The notes under the pieces were generated by a model, which made no database searches, had not been told where the DNA came from, and saw only the letters and a list, made by a program, of their open reading frames with translations. 42,113 nucleotides of DNA from an uncultured Rhodospirillaceae bacterium. Its GTDB lineage: Bacteria; Pseudomonadota; Alphaproteobacteria; Micavibrionales; UBA2020. Shown here piece after piece: positions 9,055-16,242 of the stretch (position 1 is the stretch's first letter; the number at the start of each line of letters is the position of its first letter). Location: assembly GCA_964349475.1 (NCBI GenBank), contig CAYGGT010000006.1, forward strand, positions 1 to 42,113. Direction: 5' to 3'. The position numbers and the translations under genes are program-made.

Positions 9055-9678
9055 TCAGTAATTCGGCTTCACTTTTTTGACCGGCAAGTCGGCGGCCACG
9101 GGTTCGTCGTCGATCATTTCGATCATGCCGTTTTGCGACATCGAAAAACGCGCGGAAAACAAGGCATTGCCGTAGAGAACCATGGCGGAGGCTTCAAGAT
9201 TGCCTTCCTCCGTCTTGCCTTCGAAAGCGGCAGGGCGGATGGCGCCTTCGATCACTTTACGCGTCGCGTCGTCGAGCTTTGATTGATCCAGCGCCGGATG
9301 GTCGATGCCTTCGACGATCAGGAACGGGCCTTCGTCGCCATGCACGAAGTAGCAGAAAAACCGCAGGTATTCGAGCGCATTGAGTTCGCTGACAGTAATC
9401 GGATCGGCTTCGTTGGCATCATGAATGGGCGCGCTGGAGCCATCGAGCAAAAACATCCGCCCCTGTTTTGCCAGAAACCAGAAAGGACCGGTCTTGGGCG
9501 GCCAGGCCGTATCATCCACCTTGACGAGCGCGATGGTATTATAAAACGGCAACTGCGCCCACATCACAGTCGCCGAAGACGGCGACGCGTTGTATTTTCC
9601 CTGAATGGGGTTGACCATTTTAAGGAAGGGGTCCATCTGAGCCCCGCTGACCGCTTGCCATTTGTATTGTTCAAACAT
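9055..9678 (-). CDS. Hypothetical protein, paralog of ORF 2762-3274, with a basic C-terminal tail
   Basis: The ORF is 207 aa and has no domain I recognise. It aligns with ORF 2762-3274 at LPFYNT / LLDGSSAPIHDAN / LEYLRFFCYF / LIVEG / LFSARFSM. The C-terminus is PVKKVKPNY. Confidence 0.6.
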   Translation of the reverse strand: MFEQYKWQAVSGAQMDPFLKMVNPIQGKYNASPSSATVMWAQLPFYNTIALVKVDDTAWPPKTGPFWFLAKQGRMFLLDGSSAPIHDANEADPITVSELNALEYLRFFCYFVHGDEGPFLIVEGIDHPALDQSKLDDATRKVIEGAIRPAAFEGKTEEGNLEASAMVLYGNALFSARFSMSQNGMIEMIDDEPVAADLPVKKVKPNY

Positions 9679-9771
9679 AGATGACCGTCCTTCCGGAAGT
9701 TTTTTTAACCCTGTTTTTCAAGATCTTGTCATGCTCTTGGGGAGAATGCAATGGGTCGGTTTTTTGATTTT

Positions 9772-9787
9772 TTAACAAATTTTTAAC
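9772..9787. promoter_or_regulatory. Perfect CtrA-type box TTAA-N7-TTAAC in the divergent intergenic region
   Basis: The sequence is ttaacaaatttttaac, that is TTAA (9772-9775), 7 nt, then TTAAC (9783-9787). It lies between the divergent ORFs at 9055-9678 and 9805-10302. Confidence 0.4.
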
Positions 9788-9804
9788 CAGTTTTCGTTAA
9801 AATT

Positions 9805-10302
9805 ATGGCTATGACGGTTGAATTGGATATGGGATGGACCCTGCTGATGAAAGCAGCCTACGACGGCTCCGCAAGCCAGGTAAAAACGCGTATGGGGCTT
9901 GGCGATAAAATCAACGACCGAGATAAAACCGGCGGCAGCGCGCTGCATTTGGCAGTGTTGCAGAACCATCCCCCTCTTGTATTTCTTCTCCTGGAATTGG
10001 GGGCGGATCCGCTGCTTAAAAACCATGACGGAAAAACCCCGCGGGATGTGGCTTTTACAAAGGGCTATATCGACCTTATGGTGCACCTTGAAAAGGCCGA
10101 AAAAGAAGGCCGGAAAATAAAACCCGAAGACCTTCCGGCACATGTGGCCGAACTGGAAAAAACCGTGGCGGAGCTAAAAGAACAAATGAAAGAAATGATG
10201 GCGTTCGTGGAGAAAAAAACCAGGAAAAAACCCAAGCCCGTTCCTCAGGAAAAACCACCCGCCCTGCTGAAAATCACCAAAGACCCGCTACACGGCGCGT
10301 AA
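9805..10302 (+). CDS. Ankyrin-repeat protein with coiled-coil and a Lys/Pro-rich C-terminal tail
   Basis: ANK-type repeats are GWTLLMKAAYDG, GGSALHLAVLQNHPPLVFLLLELGADPLLKNHDGKTPRDVA and KGYIDLMVHL. A charged helix follows, then KKTRKKPKPVPQEKPP. The exact start is uncertain (9805, 9811 or 9829). Confidence 0.75.
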   Translation: MAMTVELDMGWTLLMKAAYDGSASQVKTRMGLGDKINDRDKTGGSALHLAVLQNHPPLVFLLLELGADPLLKNHDGKTPRDVAFTKGYIDLMVHLEKAEKEGRKIKPEDLPAHVAELEKTVAELKEQMKEMMAFVEKKTRKKPKPVPQEKPPALLKITKDPLHGA

Positions 10303-10400
10303 AAGCCGGCCGGTGTCAGGTGTTTTATTTCTTGCGTTTACGTTGACTCTTTAACATAGACATTGTAGCGTCAAAACCTACCCCCTTCGAAGGCAGCACC

Positions 10401-11213
10401 ATGACGGACGTTCCTAAAAAAATAGCCGATATCCTCCAGCAATCAAATTTGCAGGGGCAAGCGCTGAAGAACGCCCTGCGGGAGATCGTGCGCCAATCCT
10501 GGCCTGATATGCCGCCTTGGACAACGCTGGATACGCCCGTTATCGAAGAAGTGCAGAAAGCAACAGTCGGAAGCGGTGTCGTGCTGACTTTTGAGGAAAA
10601 CGGCATTCGAAAAGTTGTGCTGGGGGAGACAGGTGATCATTACAAGAAACCAGGAAGTACGGCAGCGGTGCCGCCTTCCTATATGATTCCAGGCGGATTT
10701 ATCAACCTCACCCGAACACCGGGAAGCAGCTTGGTCGCCGCATCAAAGGCCCCCGAAGATGCCAGAACCGGCGCTGCACGTGAAATTGAAGAAGAACTAA
10801 AAAGCATTGACGGCTCACCTTTGCTGAAAGTCGATCCTGCCCGCCTGAAACCCATGGACACGAAAACCCTGAGCCTGCCCTGGGGTGAAACGCGTCTGGT
10901 GATCGGGTTGATGCTGGATTTGACAGCGGCTGAAATTTTGATCGTCAAAAACCATGTTAAAAAACTTGGTCAGGACCCCGCCTACAAAACTGCTGCTGCT
11001 CTGCAAACCATCAATGGCGATTCCGGACTGCCTGAGGTCAGCAGCGTTTCAGTGTTTACATTAGAAGACGTCGCCCAGGGAAAATGCAATCTTTTACACA
11101 AGGATCAGCAATCTCTGTTTCAAGTCGTCAGCGAACATTTCGCTTCCAGCACCAAACCTGTCAAACCAAAAACAGGGCCGACGCCCGCAAAGAAACCGTC
11201 ACGCCGCCCGTAA
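10401..11213 (+). CDS. Variant Nudix-fold hydrolase-like protein with a Lys/Pro-rich C-terminal tail
   Basis: EDARTGAAREIEEELK fits the E-x7-R-E-U-x-E-E part of the Nudix box. The preceding PGG lies about 15 residues upstream instead of 5. The C-terminus is KPVKPKTGPTPAKKPSRRP. The 3' end overlaps the convergent argE-like gene by 15 nt. Confidence 0.5.
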   Translation: MTDVPKKIADILQQSNLQGQALKNALREIVRQSWPDMPPWTTLDTPVIEEVQKATVGSGVVLTFEENGIRKVVLGETGDHYKKPGSTAAVPPSYMIPGGFINLTRTPGSSLVAASKAPEDARTGAAREIEEELKSIDGSPLLKVDPARLKPMDTKTLSLPWGETRLVIGLMLDLTAAEILIVKNHVKKLGQDPAYKTAAALQTINGDSGLPEVSSVSVFTLEDVAQGKCNLLHKDQQSLFQVVSEHFASSTKPVKPKTGPTPAKKPSRRP

Positions 11214-12377
11214 TTTCTCCAGCAGCCGATCCATGAAGTTTTCGCATTTTGTCAGCTGATCGACGGCCACGAATTCGTTGGGCTTGTGCGCTTGCGCGAT
11301 GCTGCCGGGGCCGCAAACGACGGTGGGGATGCCGCGTTGCTGAAAAAGCCCGGCTTCGGTCGCGAAGCTGACTTTCTCCGTCGCGTTGGATCCTGAAAGC
11401 GAGAGCACAAAATCCACCGCCGGGTCGTCATTGGCGATATCAAAGGCATGTACGCGGGCCGACGGCTTGAAGGAAAAACCGGTCTTGGGATCGATATCCT
11501 TCATGCGCGGCTCCAGCGTCTTGAAAGCGTATTGGCGGATTTCCTCGACCAGCGTTTCCGGGTTCACTTCCGGTATATTGCGGATTTCAAAGGAAAACTC
11601 ACAGAGATTCGGCACGATGTTCAGCGCCGTGCCGCCCTTGATCATGCCGGTATGGACGGTGGTGAAAGGGGGGTCGAACTGCTTGTTGAAAGGGCCTTCG
11701 CTGGCCATGCGCCTGGCGACGGATTTGATATAGGCGACAAGTTCCGCCGCATTCTCGACAGCGTTCACGGCGTAAGGCGCCAGGGAAGAATGCGATTCCT
11801 TGCCATGCACCGTGCAGTCGAAATCGCAGATACCCTTGTGACCGGTGATCGCTTTCATGCTCGTCGGCTCCCCCACCACGCACAGTTTCGGCCTGACAGG
11901 CAGGCCGGCCAGGCGCTTGACCAGATCATGCGCGCCAAGACAGCCCAGTTCCTCGTCATACGACAGCGCAAAATGGATGGGCGAGGCGAGCGGTTTTTTC
12001 ACCATCTCCGGCAGCTTTGCGAGCGCGACGGCAATAAACCCCTTCATGTCGCATGTGCCGCGCGCATAGAGCCGGCCATCATGCTCGCGCAGTTGAAAAG
12101 GATCACTGTCCCACGCCTGACCTTCGACCGGCACCACATCGGTATGGCCGGAAAGCACAACGCCGGCGCGGTCTTCAGGCCCCACGACCGCATGCAGGTT
12201 GGCTTTGTTTTTTGTCGCATCGTAAATGAGTTCCGACCTGACGCCGTATTCACCCAAGTAATCCTGCACCCAGTGAATGAGCGCGAGATTGGAATGGCAG
12301 CTGGTCGTGTCGAAGCTGACCAGCCTGGCCAGCATTTCTTTGGTCGAAAGAGTCGTTTTGGCCATTTTCAGGGTCAC
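11199..12377 (-). CDS. argE: M20 family acetylornithine deacetylase (ArgE-like)
   Basis: ArgE/M20 motifs are LLARLVSFDTTS, VVLSGHTDVVPVEGQAWDSDPF, LYARGTCDMKGF, SYDEELGCLGA and GPGSIAQAHKPNEFV. The start is either the GTG at 12377 or the ATG at 12365. Confidence 0.7.
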   Translation of the reverse strand: MTLKMAKTTLSTKEMLARLVSFDTTSCHSNLALIHWVQDYLGEYGVRSELIYDATKNKANLHAVVGPEDRAGVVLSGHTDVVPVEGQAWDSDPFQLREHDGRLYARGTCDMKGFIAVALAKLPEMVKKPLASPIHFALSYDEELGCLGAHDLVKRLAGLPVRPKLCVVGEPTSMKAITGHKGICDFDCTVHGKESHSSLAPYAVNAVENAAELVAYIKSVARRMASEGPFNKQFDPPFTTVHTGMIKGGTALNIVPNLCEFSFEIRNIPEVNPETLVEEIRQYAFKTLEPRMKDIDPKTGFSFKPSARVHAFDIANDDPAVDFVLSLSGSNATEKVSFATEAGLFQQRGIPTVVCGPGSIAQAHKPNEFVAVDQLTKCENFMDRLLEKLRAA

Positions 12378-12395
12378 TTTCTTTTTTATCTGTAT

Positions 12396-12968
12396 TTAAG
12401 GGGCTGCGAGCGGTTTCAAGTTCGACGTATCGTAAGCGCAGCTTATTTCTCCGCCCCGGATCGCATTGGGAATATCGAACGTCCGCTTGATGCCGAGCTG
12501 CAAATCTTCCTGCAACGTATAAAGGCTGGCGCATAAAATATTCCGGTCGGGATCCCCCGCAACCCGCGGGCAGAAAACAAATTTTTGTCCGCCATCGTCG
12601 AAAAATGCCTGAATCGTTATTGTTTCCGTGCCGCGCCGGCGAAAGATGCTGACATCAAGAGACTCACCCTGGCGCAAGGCAAACGCAGCACTCTGAAAAT
12701 TATGCCAGGCCCGCCCGAACAGCGCCTCCCCCTGGCCGATCCTGCAATAAAGCGCGGGCTTCTGCGGCTCCCGCGCGGCGGGCGCCGCCATCTCGACCGG
12801 CGCCGTCATTTCCGACACCTTGACCGTTGGCTGCCCGTCGTTTTGGCCTATATCAATTCCGCAGGACGTCAGCGATAACAGGCAGACCGCCAGAAGAACA
12901 GCCATCGGCAATTTTTGCATTTTCATCTGTTTTTTGTATGATTTCATCCGTATGATTATCATAGTCAA
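12396..12968 (-). CDS. Hypothetical lipoprotein
   Basis: The signal peptide has a lipobox (LLAVCLLSLTSCG). There are several possible Met starts between 12920 and 12968. I recognise no domain. Confidence 0.55.
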   Translation of the reverse strand: MTMIIIRMKSYKKQMKMQKLPMAVLLAVCLLSLTSCGIDIGQNDGQPTVKVSEMTAPVEMAAPAAREPQKPALYCRIGQGEALFGRAWHNFQSAAFALRQGESLDVSIFRRRGTETITIQAFFDDGGQKFVFCPRVAGDPDRNILCASLYTLQEDLQLGIKRTFDIPNAIRGGEISCAYDTSNLKPLAAP

Positions 12969-12980
12969 CCGGAAGGAGAC

Positions 12981-14150
12981 TTGCCAGTGTCTTTAAAGCG
13001 CGTCACGCTTTTTCATTTCTTCGGCTTCAAGGTCAAGGCCGACGCCAGCTGGTTTTTTCTGGCGGTTCTGATCAGCTGGACAATGTCTCATAACGTCTAC
13101 CCTCACCTGCTGCCCGGCCAGTCGGGGGATATCTACCAGTGGATGGGGCTCGCGACGGTCGCGGGCGTCCTTTTTTCCATTATCGCCCATGAAGTGGCGC
13201 ACGCCGTGATTGCCGAATACTACCATATGCCAATTGCCAGCATCACATTGCTTATTTTCGGCGGCGTCGCGGAGATGAAGGGAGAGCCAAGCCATCCCAA
13301 GGGCGAGTTTTTCATGGCCATCGCCGGCCCCATCATGAGCGCGTTGCTCTCGCTGTTTTTCTGGGCGGTGGCCACTCTTTACGCAAGCGCTGTCAGCGCC
13401 GGCGCAGTCGCCTCCGTGCTCGATTACCTGGGTGATCTCAACATGTTCATTGCGGTATTCAACATGGTGCCGGCCTTTCCGCTGGACGGCGGCCGCGCGT
13501 TGCGCGCCCTGATCTGGCACGGCAAGAACAACCTGGTGATGGCGACCCGCATCGCTTCGGAATGCGGATCCGTTTTCGCCTACGGGCTGATGGGCTGGGC
13601 CTGTTATAAAATCGTTATCCACAACGATATGATTGCCGGCATGTGGAGCGGTCTGCTGGGTTTCTTTGTGCACGCCTCCGGCGCTTACGCCGTGCGCCAG
13701 ATGGAATCGCGCTCCCTGCTCGGCTCCGAAAAAGTATCGCGGTTCATGAATAACAACATCGACACCGTATCGCCCGACCTGACGATCACCGAATTGGTCG
13801 CGCTTTACACGGCCAGGCACTATCAGAAAAATTTTCCGGTCATCGACAAGGGAATGCTGGTCGGCGTCGTCAGCCTGCAATCCGTCCTGTCGCTCGACCG
13901 CGACAAATGGCCCTGGCTGCATGTGGCAAGCGTGATGGAATCTGTCACTGAAACGACTGTCATCCCGCCAGATTCCTCTGCGGCGGATGCCCTCGACCTG
14001 ATGCAGCGAAAGGGCCTGGAACAGTTGCTGGTGGCGCAAAATGGCCGTCTGCTCGGCACGATCGCCTTCCGCGACATGGCCAACTACCTGTCGATTGCTT
14101 TGAAAATCGACAACAACAAACCAGTCGAAAAAAGCCGGACGGCGTATTAA
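12981..14150 (+). CDS. Site-2 protease family (M50) metalloprotease with a C-terminal CBS pair
   Basis: The HEVAHAV zincin motif sits in a TM segment. The motif NMVPAFPLDGGR is present, and the C-terminus has two CBS-like repeats (FPVIDKGMLVGVVS, LLVAQNGRLLGTIA). The start codon is TTG. Confidence 0.8.
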   Translation: MPVSLKRVTLFHFFGFKVKADASWFFLAVLISWTMSHNVYPHLLPGQSGDIYQWMGLATVAGVLFSIIAHEVAHAVIAEYYHMPIASITLLIFGGVAEMKGEPSHPKGEFFMAIAGPIMSALLSLFFWAVATLYASAVSAGAVASVLDYLGDLNMFIAVFNMVPAFPLDGGRALRALIWHGKNNLVMATRIASECGSVFAYGLMGWACYKIVIHNDMIAGMWSGLLGFFVHASGAYAVRQMESRSLLGSEKVSRFMNNNIDTVSPDLTITELVALYTARHYQKNFPVIDKGMLVGVVSLQSVLSLDRDKWPWLHVASVMESVTETTVIPPDSSAADALDLMQRKGLEQLLVAQNGRLLGTIAFRDMANYLSIALKIDNNKPVEKSRTAY

Positions 14151-14171
14151 TATGTAAAAACAAGAGGGTGG

Positions 14172-14200
14172 TTGTGAATTTTTTCCTGCTACACTATAAT
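14172..14200 (+). promoter_or_regulatory. Sigma70-type promoter candidate for dksA (TTGTGA-17 nt-TATAAT)
   Basis: The -35 is ttgtga (14172-14177), the spacer is 17 nt, and the -10 is tataat (14195-14200). It lies 44 nt upstream of the dksA ATG at 14244. Confidence 0.55.
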
Positions 14201-14243
14201 GACCAACTTCTATTTGTTTGTTCACTCCTTTAGGGAAACAGTC

Positions 14244-14687
14244 ATGAGTATGGCCTTGGAATCGACATTGACCATCTTGCCGCCGGATTATAAGCCGTCG
14301 GAAAAAGAAAAGTTCATGAACCCGGTCATGCTGGAATATTTCCGCCAGAAACTGATGCGCTGGCGCGCTGAGCTGCTGGTTGAATCGACGGAGACGATCA
14401 AGGAAATGCAGGAAGACAATCTGCAAAAGCCCGATATCGCCGACCGCGCCTCCGCCGAAACGGATCACGCCCTGGAACTGCGCACCCGCGACCGCGAGCG
14501 CAAGCTCATTTCCAAGATCAATGCCACGCTCGAAAAAATCGGCGAGGGTACCTACGGCTATTGCGAAGAAACTGGCGAACCCATCTCCGTCGCCCGGCTC
14601 GAAGCGCGGCCCATCGCAACGCTCGGGATCGAAGCGCAGGAACGCCACGAACGCCGGGAACGCACCCAGCGCGACATGCGCGAGTGA
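14244..14687 (+). CDS. dksA: RNA polymerase-binding transcription factor DksA (one-cysteine type)
   Basis: The coiled-coil tip motif DIADRA (DxxDxA) is present. The C-terminal region reads GTYGYCEETGEPISVARLEARPIATLGIEAQE, which aligns to CxxC-x17-CxxC with only the first Cys retained. The ATG at 14244 was chosen because the ORF-track start at 14199 lies inside the predicted -10 box. Confidence 0.85.
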   Translation: MSMALESTLTILPPDYKPSEKEKFMNPVMLEYFRQKLMRWRAELLVESTETIKEMQEDNLQKPDIADRASAETDHALELRTRDRERKLISKINATLEKIGEGTYGYCEETGEPISVARLEARPIATLGIEAQERHERRERTQRDMRE

Positions 14688-14735
14688 TAAACACTTGACA
14701 GATATCATATAAAAAAGGCATAAACAGGCCGACGT

Positions 14736-14810
14736 GGCGGGGTAGCTCAGGGGTAGAGCAGAGGAATCATAATCCTTTTGTCGGGGGTTCAAATCCCTCC
14801 CTCGCTACCA
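14736..14810 (+). tRNA. tRNA with CAU anticodon (elongator Met; Ile2/lysidine type not excluded), CCA encoded
   Basis: A cloverleaf can be drawn by hand: acceptor GGCGGGG/CCTCGCT, D arm GCTC-AGGGGT-AGAGC, anticodon arm GAGGA-AUCAUAA-UCCUU, and T arm GGGGG-TTCAAAT-CCCTC. The anticodon stem lacks three consecutive G-C pairs, so it is not an initiator. Confidence 0.85.
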
Positions 14811-14842
14811 ACCTTGCTGCCGAAGATATTCAAAAGGAAACA

Positions 14843-15991
14843 TTATGCGGCGTGCGCCGCTTTGCGTTTTGCAATCGGGTCAACGACGCGCTGCGGCGTG
14901 CCGTTATAGACGCTGAGCGGGCGCATGATTTTGTTGTCTTTCAGCTGCTCGATGATATGCGCGGTCCAGCCGGTGATGCGGCTCATGACGAAAATCGGCG
15001 TAAAAATCGGAATATCAAAGCCCATCATGTAATAAGCAGGGCCGACCGGATAGTCGAGGTTCGGATGGATGTTCTTTTTCTCCAGCATCGTCTTGGCAAG
15101 AATATTTTCGATCTCCACCCACTTCTGGCCGTTTTTGATCCTGGCCATTTCATGGAATACCTTGGTCATGTAAGGCACGCGGCTGTCGCCGTTTTTATAG
15201 ACGCGATGGCCAAAGCCCATCACCAGTTTTTTCTTTCCCGACAGGGCTTCATCAATCCACGCCTGCGCTTCCCCGGGATCGGCGATATCGAGCAGCATGT
15301 GCATGACGGCCTCATTCGCGCCGCCGTGCAGGGGGCCTTTCAATGAGCCGATGGCGCCGGTAACCGCAGAATAAATATCAGACAGGGACGATGTAATCGT
15401 CCGCGCTGTAAAGGTTGAAGCGTTAAAGCCGTGCTCGGCGTAAAAAGTCAGCGAGGCATCAAAGCATTTCACGATTTCTTTTTGCGGCACGGCGCCGAAA
15501 TACATGTAGAAAAAATTTTCCGCGATACTGAGGTCACGGCGCGGTGCAATCGGCTCCTGCCCCGTGCGCAAACGGAAGTCGGCGGCGATGATCGTCGGGA
15601 TCTGCGCCAGCATCCTGACGGATTTTTTCAAATTCGCGGCAGGCGACAAATCTGGCCATGACGGATCTTCCACCCCCATAAAACTCACCGCCGTCCGCAA
15701 TATATCCATCGGGTGCGCCTCGGCACGGCACTGCCTGAGCACCGTTAAAAGCTTGGGAGAAATCTGGCGCTGACTCTGCTCCTCCTGCTGGAATTCCTTC
15801 AACTGCTCCGCTGTCGGCAGTTCGCCCTGCCACAGCAGATAGGCGACCTCTTCGAAGCAGCAACGCTCGGCCAGCTCCTGCACCGGGTAGCCATGATAGA
15901 TCAGCGAGTTCGTCTCATCCACGACCGTCGAAATATGCGTGGTATCGGAATAAACCCCGGAAAGTCCTTTGGCGATGTGCGGTTCTGTCAT
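14843..15991 (-). CDS. prpC: 2-methylcitrate synthase (citrate synthase family)
   Basis: The protein is citrate-synthase family (GPLHGGANEAV, GFGHRVYKNGDSR) and of short bacterial size. The adjacent prpB supports the call. The start is at the ATG at 15991, preceded by GAGGAG. Confidence 0.8.
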   Translation of the reverse strand: MTEPHIAKGLSGVYSDTTHISTVVDETNSLIYHGYPVQELAERCCFEEVAYLLWQGELPTAEQLKEFQQEEQSQRQISPKLLTVLRQCRAEAHPMDILRTAVSFMGVEDPSWPDLSPAANLKKSVRMLAQIPTIIAADFRLRTGQEPIAPRRDLSIAENFFYMYFGAVPQKEIVKCFDASLTFYAEHGFNASTFTARTITSSLSDIYSAVTGAIGSLKGPLHGGANEAVMHMLLDIADPGEAQAWIDEALSGKKKLVMGFGHRVYKNGDSRVPYMTKVFHEMARIKNGQKWVEIENILAKTMLEKKNIHPNLDYPVGPAYYMMGFDIPIFTPIFVMSRITGWTAHIIEQLKDNKIMRPLSVYNGTPQRVVDPIAKRKAAHAA

Positions 15992-16018
15992 GTGCGCTCC
16001 TCGCACGATATTAGCCCT

Positions 16019-16047
16019 TTAAATCTTTTTTAAGCAATATCTATTAT
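16019..16047 (+). promoter_or_regulatory. CtrA-type box TTAA-N7-TTAA overlapping a candidate -35, followed by TATTAT -10
   Basis: The sequence is ttaa (16019-16022), atctttt, ttaa (16030-16033). Reading TTAAAT as the -35, a 17-nt spacer leads to tattat (16042-16047). The site lies 37-65 nt upstream of the small ORF ATG at 16084. Confidence 0.4.
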
Positions 16048-16083
16048 GATGAAAAGACCGGGTTAATTTTTTGAGGGATATCA

Positions 16084-16242
16084 ATGGACATCGCCGCCAG
16101 TGGCCTGCAACAAGCCAACGTCGCTCTCTCGATGATAAAAAACAAGGCCCAGACCGAACAGGCGCTGGTCAACATTATCCAGCAGTCTATCCAGTCCGCG
16201 CCGCTCTCTTCCCGGGGAAGCAATCTGGACGTCACAGTTTAA
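16084..16242 (+). CDS. Small YjfB-like putative motility protein (52 aa), not in the ORF track
   Basis: The ATG at 16084 is preceded by GAGGGA. The translation is MDIAASGLQQANVALSMIKNKAQTEQALVNIIQQSIQSAPLSSRGSNLDVTV. The MDI start, Gln-rich helical middle and C-terminal G-x-N-L-D-V-x-V resemble the YjfB_motility family as I recall it. Confidence 0.55.
   Translation: MDIAASGLQQANVALSMIKNKAQTEQALVNIIQQSIQSAPLSSRGSNLDVTV

Noticed and set aside
11448-12536. A 362-aa plus-strand ORF opposite the argE-like gene.
   Set aside because: It is a shadow ORF. The minus-strand frame carries the M20 motifs.
14199-14243. N-terminal extensions offered by the ORF track: dksA from 14199, hisC to 41519, cspA to 34494, pepA to 5220, fliN to 24456 and the small exported protein from 3180.
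   Set aside because: These extensions lack RBSs. They overlap upstream genes or predicted promoter elements. They also add residues absent from the conserved family N-termini. Internal starts with RBS-like sequences were used instead.
12993-14792. A 599-aa minus-strand ORF, the longest non-assigned ORF in the track.
   Set aside because: It lies antisense to the M50/CBS protease and dksA and even runs through the tRNA-Met gene. Its translation is Arg/Gly/Ala/His-rich low-complexity sequence with no motifs. This is a typical shadow ORF of GC-rich DNA.
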